From NCBI GenBank assembly GCA_017621695.1, contig JAGASP010000053.1:4787-68786 (forward strand): a DNA stretch of 64,000 nucleotides. Reading direction: 5' to 3'. Under the pieces are notes generated by a model, which saw nothing but the letters and a program-made list of their open reading frames with translations, did not search any database and was not told the origin of the DNA. Shown in pieces: positions 9,580-17,910 of this stretch. Origin of the DNA: Clostridia bacterium. GTDB taxonomy: Bacteria > Bacillota > Clostridia > Oscillospirales > CAG-272. Position numbers and translations under genes: made by a program. Positions within the stretch are counted from its first letter, which is position 1. Each line of letters starts with the position of its first letter.

Positions 9580-11082
9580 TTATTCTCGTTGATCCAGGAG
9601 CTTGTCAAACGAATCCTGCTGTTTTTCCAAGTCTTTTTCCATCTGACTCTTCCAACGCTTCAGTTTTGATGCGAGAGCAGGATTGGTCGTGGGAAGCACC
9701 GAGCGCATGCTGTCACGGAACCCCGAAAGACCGGTGGCGTACACGTAATCAAAGGAAACCGACTCAAACATGGTATCCAGTATTTCCCGAGACTGAGGAT
9801 CTTGCATGAAACGCAGAGACAGTACCGAGTCGTAATATGCGGGACGTATAATCTGGTAGCTGTAGTAAGACATAGCCTCCAGAACAGCGGCCAGTTGTTC
9901 CTGTCTTTCGACGTTATCAATCGCGGAGGAAATGCCAAAGCAGGAAACTTGGTCCTGAATATACGTTTTATACTCCTGTTGCTCTTTGCTGAGCTTGGGC
10001 AACGGGGCGATACCGTAGTTCATACTGGCCAGGGATTCAAAGTGCGTTTCAATGTCACCAAACATGGTGGTAGCCATCAGAGCCTTCTTTTCTGAAAATT
10101 TGATCAGGGGATATTCAAAACCCTGTCCAAAGCCGTCGGACAGGTAAGTACCCGAGGCATTGCAGAGAGCGCTTACCTTCTCGCTCATATCGATCATGCG
10201 ATCGGTTATGTCGGCATGATAGACCAGCGCACCGACCTCATCTCGGATGACCATATGAATGTCCGAGGCTACCGTATAAACGTCCATGTCACCTACGTTG
10301 CCTACAACGAAGCCATAGAAGTCTTCGTCACTTTTTCTGCTGTCGCCGTCCACGTCCGTATAGATGTCTTTGATCATATTGTATTGGCATTCAAGCGTCC
10401 AATCTCCATTGGCGACAGTTTCGTACAGATCGGGTATTTTATATGCCTCCAGAAGATCTCGGTTAAAGATCGTGAGGTAACCCCTGCGGAACATAGAGAT
10501 CGCAATGGGAGAAGTAGCAACAAACTGTAGATTTTGGGAGGTGAAGGTCATCATCTCATTGTAATCCTGATTCCAGTAATGCTTGGACAGGTTTATGTTA
10601 TCCAATTCATTCAAGTTCAGATAATGCCCGGAAAGCATGGGTGCCATACTGACATAGGTACCGATGGTGAAAATATCCACACTCGCGTCACCTGCCTGTA
10701 CTAAGTTTGACATCATAGCTGTTGCTTCTGTATCCTCATTTCGAGTGACATAGTCAAATGTGATGCCTAACCGATCCTCTACGGCGGCATTACGTTCGAA
10801 AACGGCATCGGAGATGACACCGCCGCCCAGATTGGCACATGCCAACTCATCGGAACGACCGCTTTTATTCACATAGAGAATGGTAACACTCGTGTCAAAA
10901 CACAGATCCTCTTCCAGATCCATAGAATAGTCAGGATCTGTCGTGCTGTTTTCGGTTACAGGATTCGTTGTGTGACTACTTGGAGTCTCTACTGTTGTTT
11001 CACCGGTGCTGCAAGCAACCAACGGAAACAGTGTACATACAGTCAAAATCAGCGCGGAAAGTTTTTGTATATGTCTTTTCAT
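9580..11082 (-). CDS. Extracellular solute-binding lipoprotein (family-1, LplA-like, 500 aa). No permease genes are adjacent.
   Basis: Lipobox LFPLVAC after a basic n-region. Size and composition fit large sugar-binding SBPs. RBS GAAGGAGG is present. Confidence 0.8.
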   Translation of the reverse strand: MKRHIQKLSALILTVCTLFPLVACSTGETTVETPSSHTTNPVTENSTTDPDYSMDLEEDLCFDTSVTILYVNKSGRSDELACANLGGGVISDAVFERNAAVEDRLGITFDYVTRNEDTEATAMMSNLVQAGDASVDIFTIGTYVSMAPMLSGHYLNLNELDNINLSKHYWNQDYNEMMTFTSQNLQFVATSPIAISMFRRGYLTIFNRDLLEAYKIPDLYETVANGDWTLECQYNMIKDIYTDVDGDSRKSDEDFYGFVVGNVGDMDVYTVASDIHMVIRDEVGALVYHADITDRMIDMSEKVSALCNASGTYLSDGFGQGFEYPLIKFSEKKALMATTMFGDIETHFESLASMNYGIAPLPKLSKEQQEYKTYIQDQVSCFGISSAIDNVERQEQLAAVLEAMSYYSYQIIRPAYYDSVLSLRFMQDPQSREILDTMFESVSFDYVYATGLSGFRDSMRSVLPTTNPALASKLKRWKSQMEKDLEKQQDSFDKLLDQRE

Positions 11083-11168
11083 GAAATTGCCCTCCTTCTG
11101 TCTGCTTTTGGTATATTTATTATATCACATCAAATAATAAATGTTTATTGCCGAATTCGTATTTTATA

Positions 11169-11197
11169 TTGACAAATTCACATATTGTTGTTATAAT
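11169..11197 (+). promoter_or_regulatory. Promoter of AraC copy A. The same region carries the divergent promoter of the SBP operon.
   Basis: TTGACA, 17 nt, TATAAT. On the opposite strand TGTGATATAAT lies at 11118-11130. The whole intergenic region is conserved with 23973-24111. Confidence 0.55.
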
Positions 11198-11230
11198 GGT
11201 GCTATAAGTTTTCCGAAAAGGAGCCAAGCT

Positions 11231-12001
11231 ATGGCGGGAATTGATCTGAACAGCCCGATTCTTTATAAATGTGCCTCGTACCGTTTCTTTGAAAAAAAAG
11301 AACATCATATCGCGCGCATTTGTCCGGATAACGTTTTGTTGATGGTCTATGAAGGTGTTTTGCGCTTTTCGGAGGACGGAGAACAAATTCAAGTAAGCGC
11401 GGGCGAATACTACATACAACGAAAGAACGTTTACCAGGCAGGTGAGGTCGCAAGTGACACTCCCAAATACCTGTACGTGCATTTTGATGGCGAATGGAGT
11501 GATCAGTCCAACGCGTTACCCTGCAGAGGGAATTTTGATTATTCCAAATTATCTGAGCTTATGCTAAAAATCAATACGGCTTCACACCAAAAATTTTTGT
11601 ACACGGAACAGCAGTATTTGTTTCATAAGCTGTTACTGTCTTTGCATCAGAAAGCGCCTTCCAGTACATTGGCTGAAAAACTATCTAAGTATGTGGAAGA
11701 GAATATCGTGGCAATTACATCTGTGTCAGATCTGTGTCAGGCGTTTCATTACAGTACAAATTACATAGAACGATTATTTCATCGTGAATTCGGTGTGTCT
11801 CCCATCCAATATATCAATGATGTGAAAATCAAGAAGGCCATGTATCTGTTGGAAACGACTTCAAAGCCCATAACCGCGATTTCGGTAGAATGCGGCTATT
11901 TTGACTACCCGTATTTTTATAAACGTTTCGTTCAAAAAACAGGCGTCTCTCCATCAGAATGGCGTAAGATCATTCAGAGAAATCCCACAAACAGAGACTA
12001 G
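11231..12001 (+). CDS. AraC-family regulator, copy A (about 80 percent identical to 23199-23972)
   Basis: AraC HTH (ITSVSDLCQAFHYSTNYIERLFHREFGVSPIQYINDVKIKKAMYLL). RBS AAAAGGAG lies 8 nt upstream of ATG 11231. Confidence 0.85.
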   Translation: MAGIDLNSPILYKCASYRFFEKKEHHIARICPDNVLLMVYEGVLRFSEDGEQIQVSAGEYYIQRKNVYQAGEVASDTPKYLYVHFDGEWSDQSNALPCRGNFDYSKLSELMLKINTASHQKFLYTEQQYLFHKLLLSLHQKAPSSTLAEKLSKYVEENIVAITSVSDLCQAFHYSTNYIERLFHREFGVSPIQYINDVKIKKAMYLLETTSKPITAISVECGYFDYPYFYKRFVQKTGVSPSEWRKIIQRNPTNRD

Positions 12002-12157
12002 GATCAAATTGGAATGTCTCCCAACAAATTCAAAAAATGTGAGTAAGCCCCCTAAAAAATATGATTATTCGTCTGCAAACTTATTTTTAGAATAATTAGA
12101 TTGTATCAGAACGCCACCGCCCCCGTCAAGGGGGAAAAAGTATCGCTGAAAATTCAT

Positions 12158-12207
12158 AGAGCCGATTTGGTTGACAGAAAAACTGTCTTTCAAATCGGCT
12201 CTTTTTT
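12158..12207 (+). terminator. Terminator-like nested hairpin embedded in a larger inverted repeat
   Basis: AGAGCCGATTTG ... CAAATCGGCTCT with inner GACAG-AAAAA-CTGTC, then TTTTTT. Flanked by ~42-nt imperfect inverted repeats at 12105-12146 and 12220-12265. Confidence 0.55.
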
Positions 12208-12305
12208 CATGACATGACTGCAATACTTTTTCCTTTTTCCCTTGACGTCTTCGGTGAGTTCTGATGGTGGAAAGGTGTAAAGAGAGAATGGAGGAAAAGA
12301 ATAGG

Positions 12306-12375
12306 TTGTGAAAAAGTTGTAATAGATTGTAAAAGATTGTGAAAACTTGGAATTGGTTGAAAAGATGTGAAAGTG
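12306..12375 (+). repeat. Seven tandem ~10-nt units, consensus TTGTRAAARN
   Basis: Read directly: TTGTGAAAAAG TTGTAATAGA TTGTAAAAGA TTGTGAAAAC TTGGAATTGG TTGAAAAGA TGTGAAAGTG. Confidence 0.7.
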
Positions 12376-12738
12376 TTTAGGCTGGGGTGCTTGTTTTAAC
12401 TTTCAAAACCTGTTATAATGCAAGCACATAGAAAAACGTATAGCAGTGACAAGCCGCGATTTCCGCATAGGGACAGAGGTTGCACCAAAGGCGTAGTACG
12501 AATCCATCAGCCTTTCTTAACATTAAGAAGTTTCCTCTGAAATCAATGGTGTTCATGAACATATACTCTCACGATTTCAGAAAGAAATCTTGAAAAAGAA
12601 GATTTCCTATGATATAATATGTGTAAGAATATTTCTGCCAATCGATTGCATCATTGTGCAACCCAAATTGGAATCATTTTGCAATCGGCTATCAAAAATT
12701 TTGTGAAGGAGAAAAGGAAGCCCGATCGGGCTTCGCCG

Positions 12739-13908
12739 ATGAACGATATGGACGAAACAATGAAGGACAGTAGCCGCATCAAGCCCGCCGTCAAGGTGGA
12801 GACAGCGGATGAATGGAGCAGACTTTTTGAGAGATACGGTCTGAGCGAGACCGCATGGATCGGCGCCGACGGGATCTACTCCTTTGCGCTGGACGGAAAC
12901 GATGCTTTTGCGAGTGCCACTGCCTGCACGAAGACCTTTTTTATTTTCAGCGATACGCTGTTCGGTACTACGAGCGAGGACGGAAGGAAAGCCGTGCGGG
13001 AGGCTATGCCCAACCATACCTCCGCGATCCTTGAGGGAAACAAGCCCGATGCCGCGCGGCGCAGATTCGTCTGGGGAAAGGGCGGCAGCTGCACCCTTGA
13101 CATAAACGATCTTGGCGACGATGAGAAGAAAAATCTTGTGGGCACTCCGAAATGGTTCACAGACGGTCTTGTGCTGGGGGATCAGCTGTATCTGTTCTGC
13201 TACACCCCCATTGGACTCAGCAATGACAGGGTGGACATGGCCGTATTCCCCATCGTGGACGGCAGCCCTGATTATGAGCATGATTCCCTCATCGAACCTA
13301 TACCTCAGCTGTGTATGCTGACCCCACAGGGTGAGCTGGCCATGGACTACGGATACGCCGTCCACGTCAATACCAGAGAAGCGGGCGCGCCCGACCCTGA
13401 CGGATATATCTACATCTACGGTGGCGGTCGCGGTTACAGCGGCTACGTTTCCCGCATCAAGGCCGAGGATTTTCCCGATTTCTCCAAGCTGAGGTACTAT
13501 GATGGAAGCGGATGGAGCGCAAGTATCGCCGATTCCGCCGCCGTGATCCGAGGCATATCCCGCGAATACAGCGTGACGCCCATCCCCGTAGGCCCGAAGG
13601 CCGGGAAATACATCGCCGTATTCATGGAGGGGTGTGTTTCCGGTGATATCGCCTACGCCATCGCCGACACACCGTACGGGCCTTTCGGTGAGACCGTTCG
13701 ATTCTACCGCGCTCCCGAGGCGGGTGAGAAGGTGTTGGACGCGGAAGGCAAGGAGGATACGGTATTTACGTATAACGCCAAGGCGCATCCCCACCTGTCG
13801 GAGGGAAGCCGTTTGCTGATCAGCTATAACACGAACGTATGGAACGGCGACAACACCCCCTACTGCTATCACCCGAGATTCATTTGGCTTGACCTCCAAA
13901 CGATTTGA
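12739..13908 (+). CDS. Cytoplasmic beta-propeller-type glycoside-hydrolase-like protein (DUF4185-like). Start codon uncertain (12619-12763).
   Basis: Motifs WIGADGIYSFAL, TFFIFSDTLFGT, YIYIYGGG and YNAKAHPHLS...LLISYNTNVW recall the DUF4185/sialidase-like fold. The longer antisense ORF has shadow-type composition. Confidence 0.55.
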   Translation: MNDMDETMKDSSRIKPAVKVETADEWSRLFERYGLSETAWIGADGIYSFALDGNDAFASATACTKTFFIFSDTLFGTTSEDGRKAVREAMPNHTSAILEGNKPDAARRRFVWGKGGSCTLDINDLGDDEKKNLVGTPKWFTDGLVLGDQLYLFCYTPIGLSNDRVDMAVFPIVDGSPDYEHDSLIEPIPQLCMLTPQGELAMDYGYAVHVNTREAGAPDPDGYIYIYGGGRGYSGYVSRIKAEDFPDFSKLRYYDGSGWSASIADSAAVIRGISREYSVTPIPVGPKAGKYIAVFMEGCVSGDIAYAIADTPYGPFGETVRFYRAPEAGEKVLDAEGKEDTVFTYNAKAHPHLSEGSRLLISYNTNVWNGDNTPYCYHPRFIWLDLQTI

Positions 13909-13994
13909 GCTGCTCGGATGTCTCATGGGATATCTCCTGCTTCTATATATATCGAAATAATCGAACAAAAGTACGGATCCCTTTGGGACTATAC

Positions 13995-14215
13995 GGGTGT
14001 TCAACATATGCAAGTCATGACTCACCAGCAGCAAAAAACAGACTCTGCATTGCAGAGTCTGTTTTTTGCTCATGATACTTAACGAAGCTGAACTGCGCCA
14101 AGCCCCAAGGCATGGCGCGCGAGGGCAGGATCTTTTGTGCCCAAATATCACGCAGGCCATCGCCGCTGTTCAGATTCTGCTACGGGCGATCATGTCCAAC
14201 ATATGTCGAACAGCT
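13995..14215. repeat. Composite intergenic repeat bounded by inverted TGTTCRACATATG motifs. Contains a terminator and one unit of the 166-nt repeat seen at 39248-39508.
   Basis: TGTTCAACATATG at 13998-14010 and its inverted counterpart CATATGTCGAACA at 14200-14212. The interior aligns with 39313-39440 (CATGAT...GAACTGCGC.AAG.CC.CAAGG...GCGCGAG.GCAGGAT...ATCGCCGC...GATTCTGCTAYGGG). Confidence 0.55.
14033..14068 (+). terminator. Rho-independent terminator after the DUF4185-like gene
   Basis: ACAGACTCTGCA / TGCAGAGTCTGT palindrome flanked by an A-run and a T-run. Confidence 0.7.
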
Positions 14216-14313
14216 CGATGGATTATTTCTATTAGATATTTCCTTTCACCTCCCCGGTGGACAATTTTCACGATCAAATTTTGGTAAACAACGCAGTATC
14301 TCAAATTTGACGC

Positions 14314-14342
14314 TTGACGAACATTCCTTTTTCTGTTATGAT
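14314..14342 (+). promoter_or_regulatory. Promoter of the fucose-locus AraC gene
   Basis: TTGACG, 17 nt, TATGAT. Confidence 0.45.
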
Positions 14343-14398
14343 ATATGGAGAAATACACATACCATCAAGCAGCGATCATTCATATCGGGAGGAAATAT

Positions 14399-15202
14399 AT
14401 GGAACCTTTGCTGTATGAGATAGAACACGGGATCGGAACAGGTCATTTTATGCTATATGAGCGCGATAACCACGTATTCCCGGTACATATGCATCGGTGC
14501 TATGAATTCGTACTGATGATCTCCGGTGAAATGAATATGCGAATCGAAAAACAAGAGTATCTACTGAAAGAAGGAGACCTCGTTCTCATTAAGCCAAATA
14601 GACTTCATAGCTATGATTCTCTACGGGGGAGTGGGGGAAAATGCATCATTTGCGTTTTTTCCAATGATCTCATTGCTGCTATTTCCGATTCATTGGTAAA
14701 GTATAAGCTCCCCTCTCCTCTGATACATAATGTTTCAGCATTTTACCGTGAAATGTTTTTGGGCATGAATGAAGACAAGGATATTGCCACAGTCAAGGGA
14801 TTTCTGTATACCCTCTGCGGTTTATTCTATCAGAATATTGATACAAGTACCGAGGATGACGTTGCGAAGGATACCGTCCTTTTACGCGATATATTCATTT
14901 ATTTGGAAAACAACATATCCGAAGCCTGTACCCTGAAAGAAATGGCCGCAGAGCTTGGCTATCATCCGGCCTATATTTCACGGTATTTTGCTCAAATCGT
15001 CGGTATTCCCTTTTATACCTATGTTCAATCGCTGAAAATGGATCGGGCGTGTTATCTTCTGATGAATACAAAGGACAGCATTTTGTCCATCGCGATCCAA
15101 TGCGGCTTTACGACACTCAGCAGTTTTAACCGCACGTTCAGAATAGCCAAAGGAATGACCCCCAGAGAATACAGACAACAGATCGACCTTCGGAACAAAT
15201 AA
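14399..15202 (+). CDS. AraC-family regulator (cupin plus HTH), upstream of the fucose genes
   Basis: AraC HTH (CTLKEMAAELGYHPAYISRYFAQIVGIPFYTYVQSLKMDRACYLL). GGGAGG lies 6 nt upstream of ATG 14399. Confidence 0.85.
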   Translation: MEPLLYEIEHGIGTGHFMLYERDNHVFPVHMHRCYEFVLMISGEMNMRIEKQEYLLKEGDLVLIKPNRLHSYDSLRGSGGKCIICVFSNDLIAAISDSLVKYKLPSPLIHNVSAFYREMFLGMNEDKDIATVKGFLYTLCGLFYQNIDTSTEDDVAKDTVLLRDIFIYLENNISEACTLKEMAAELGYHPAYISRYFAQIVGIPFYTYVQSLKMDRACYLLMNTKDSILSIAIQCGFTTLSSFNRTFRIAKGMTPREYRQQIDLRNK

Positions 15203-15223
15203 ACCGTCAATCCCATACGCAAA

Positions 15224-15265
15224 GCGAATACTCCGTGCTAAACCGCACGGAGTATTCGCTTTTTT
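15224..15265 (+). terminator. Rho-independent terminator
   Basis: 15-nt stem GCGAATACTCCGTGC / GCACGGAGTATTCGC followed by TTTTTT. Confidence 0.75.
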
Positions 15266-15454
15266 AAAAAAACAGCCCCGACCGCCGCAAAAAGTTAATA
15301 ATTGCTCATTTTTTGTCATCAATTCATTGGAAAACACACATTATTTTTGATATACTAGTAAAAAACAAACAGTTTTTTGCTTTTCACCGACTTTTCAAAC
15401 CAAGAGATCCATTGAAAAACACATGATCAACATATTTTAAAGGAGGAAAACAAT

Positions 15455-17257
15455 ATGTCAACCAACCGTTACGTAGGTTCATACCCCGTCATCGGCATTC
15501 GCCCCACCATCGACGGCAGACGCGGTGTCCTCGGTGTCCGCGAGTCACTCGAGGAGCAGACCATGAATATGGCCCGCACCGCCGCCAAACTCTTTGAAGA
15601 AAATCTCAAGTATTCCAACGGCGAGCCCGTAAAGGTGGTCATCTCCGACACCACCATCGGCCGCGTGGGTGAAGCCGCCGCCTGCGCCGACCAGTTCCGC
15701 AAGGCAGGCGTGGACATCACCCTGACCGTCACCCCCTGCTGGTGCTACGGTGCGGAGACCATGGATATGGATCCCCACACCATCAAGGCCGTCTGGGGCT
15801 TTAACGGCACCGAAAGACCCGGCGCAGTGTATCTTGCGTCCGTCCTTGCGACCCACGCCCAAAAGGGTCTGCCTGCCTTCGGCATCTACGGTCACGATGT
15901 GCAGGACTGCGACGATACCACCGTCCCCGAGGACGTCAAAGAAAAGCTTTTGCGCTTCGGTCGCGCCGCTATCGCCGCCGCCACCATGAGAGGCAAGTCT
16001 TACCTGCAGATCGGTTCCATTTGCATGGGCATCGGCGGCTCCATCATCAGCACCGATTTCATTGAGGATTACCTTGGTATGCGCGTAGAATCCGTGGACG
16101 AGGTGGAGATCATCCGCCGTATGACCGAGGAGATCTACGACAAGGCCGAGTATGAGAAGGCTTTGGCTTGGGTCAAGGCAAACTGCATCGAGGGCTTTGA
16201 CAAGAATCCCACCGAGCTTCAGAAGACCCGCGACGAGAAGGACGCCGACTGGGAGTTTGTCACCAAGATGATGGTCATCATCAAGGATCTGATGAACGGC
16301 AACCAAAATCTCCCCGACACCTGCCGTGAGGAGATGGTGGGTCACAACGCCATCGCCGCCGGCTTCCAGGGTCAGCGTCAGTGGACCGACTTCTACCCCA
16401 ACTGTGACTTCCCCGAGGCTATGCTCAATACCTCCTTTGACTGGAACGGCGCCCGCGAGCCCTACATCCTGGCCACCGAGAACGACGTGCTGAACGGCAT
16501 CGGTATGCTCTTCATGAAGCTGCTCACCAACCGCGCCCAGATGTTCGCCGACGTGCGTACCTACTGGAGCGGCGAATCCGTCAAGCGCGTCACGGGCTAC
16601 GACATGGACGGCAAAGCCAAGGCTGCCAACGGTATCATTCACCTCATCAACTCGGGGGCTTGCTGTCTGGACGCCAACGGTGCTGTCAAGGATGAGAACG
16701 GCAACGGCGTCATGAAGCCTTGGTATGACATGACCGAGGCCGACATGAAGGCCGTCATGGAGAATACCACCTGGAACTACGCCGATCTCGGCTACTTCCG
16801 CGGCGGCGGCTACTCCTCCCGCTTTGAGACCAAGTGCGAAATGCCCGCCACCATGATCCGCCTCAACCTGGTCAAGGGTCTCGGCCCTGTGCTGCAGATC
16901 GCTGAGGGCTGGACGGTGGAGCTGCCCGCAGACGTGTCAGATGCCCTGTGGAAGCGCACCGACTACACCTGGCCCTGCACCTGGTTCGCCCCTCGCTGTG
17001 ACGGCCGTGAGGGCTCTCCCTTCAAGACCGCCTACGAGGTCATGAACAACTGGGGTGCCAACCACGGTGCCATCTCCTACGGCCACATCGGCGCGGATCT
17101 GATCACCCTTTGCTCCATGCTCCGTATCCCCGTGTGTATGCACAACGTTCCCGAGGACAAGATCTTCCGTCCCGCCGCATGGAACGCCTTCGGCATGGAC
17201 AAGGAGAGCGCGGACTACAGAGCCTGTGCCAACTTCGGGCCGTTATTTGGTAAATAA
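15455..17257 (+). CDS. fucI: L-fucose isomerase
   Basis: Clearly alignable to E. coli FucI along its length ([44 protein letters not shown]). 600 aa. RBS AAAGGAGG. Confidence 0.95.
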   Translation: MSTNRYVGSYPVIGIRPTIDGRRGVLGVRESLEEQTMNMARTAAKLFEENLKYSNGEPVKVVISDTTIGRVGEAAACADQFRKAGVDITLTVTPCWCYGAETMDMDPHTIKAVWGFNGTERPGAVYLASVLATHAQKGLPAFGIYGHDVQDCDDTTVPEDVKEKLLRFGRAAIAAATMRGKSYLQIGSICMGIGGSIISTDFIEDYLGMRVESVDEVEIIRRMTEEIYDKAEYEKALAWVKANCIEGFDKNPTELQKTRDEKDADWEFVTKMMVIIKDLMNGNQNLPDTCREEMVGHNAIAAGFQGQRQWTDFYPNCDFPEAMLNTSFDWNGAREPYILATENDVLNGIGMLFMKLLTNRAQMFADVRTYWSGESVKRVTGYDMDGKAKAANGIIHLINSGACCLDANGAVKDENGNGVMKPWYDMTEADMKAVMENTTWNYADLGYFRGGGYSSRFETKCEMPATMIRLNLVKGLGPVLQIAEGWTVELPADVSDALWKRTDYTWPCTWFAPRCDGREGSPFKTAYEVMNNWGANHGAISYGHIGADLITLCSMLRIPVCMHNVPEDKIFRPAAWNAFGMDKESADYRACANFGPLFGK

Positions 17258-17321
17258 ATCGGCAATCTTTATTTTGCCGTGCCGGAATGTACATCTACGA
17301 GTTTTATGAGATGTCATTTCT

Positions 17322-17814
17322 GTGGCATCGTATAAAATACCAAGAAGGGATATCACACATAAGAATGACCTTGTTTCCATTTGTTATTCGGTCTGGTTTG
17401 ACGCCATTCTGGGTAAATCAGGCGGTACCGTTGACAGTTGGTATAATGTTTCCGAGGTTTTGGCAGGCAAGCAAAATTGGGGACCCTCGCCCCAGTTCCA
17501 TTATTGGGCTAAGCCGGCTCTCGACCTTTGAGATCCGTCCTAAGATCGTAACCCTGTCCTGGTGGAACGAGTGGACTGCCCAGCGCCTGCAGCTGGAAGA
17601 CGGTGAATATGTCTTCGTCGATAACTATAACCGGGAATATAGCCGTGATATTGAGCCCATGGAGGGCGGTCACGGAGATCAATATTACAAGTGGATGATC
17701 GAATACATCTCGGCCTATAAGGGTCATCTTACCTGTCCCGTTCTCGTTGAGAAGAATTATGAAAATCAGGTGGAGGAATTTGTAAACGAATATAAGACGA
17801 GCGAAAACAGCTAA
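17322..17814 (+). pseudogene. Decayed remnant of the large GH-like family (frameshift near 17525 plus an internal deletion of roughly 200-250 codons)
   Basis: Frame 3 gives ICYSVWFDAILG...PQFHYWAKPAL (compare FYFMWH...AHYWAEPYFGYY). Frame 1 continues IVTLSWWNEWTAQR...EYSRDIEPMEGGHGDQYY (compare ITGWNEWWAGR...EYSRDIEPMTGGFNDNYF). The central barrel region is missing. Confidence 0.6.
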
Positions 17815-17910
17815 AGCCGTCTTCTGACATCCTATAGTCGAAGAGAGTCGTGTGAGTTCGCCTCTCTTCGGCTATAGCCACACCTACGGCAGTTATAAAG
17901 GAGCGTACAC

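Noticed and set aside
9580-11082. Treating the orphan SBP as evidence for a complete ABC sugar importer at this locus.
   Set aside because: No permease or ATPase genes are adjacent. The only complete ABC system in the window (46799-50270) belongs to a different SBP class.
12607-14160. Long antisense ORFs overlapping annotated genes. Examples: 12607-14160 (-), 2220-3503 (+), 15545-16642 (-), 24316-25746 (-), 26181-27716 (-), 29052-30011 (-), 29988-31397 (+), 31561-32493 (-), 32627-34717 (+), 36022-37104 (+), 37595-38962 (-), 40304-42184 (+), 42282-44195 (-), 44791-46428 (-), 46775-47707 (-), 50275-52446 (-), 56366-57301 (-), 59437-60630 (-), 60646-63153 (-), 63308-63994 (-).
   Set aside because: These are typical shadow ORFs of GC-rich coding DNA. 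Their translations are Gly/Arg/His/Val-rich with no recognisable motifs, no RBS and no signal logic. The opposite strand in every case encodes a protein with clear family motifs.
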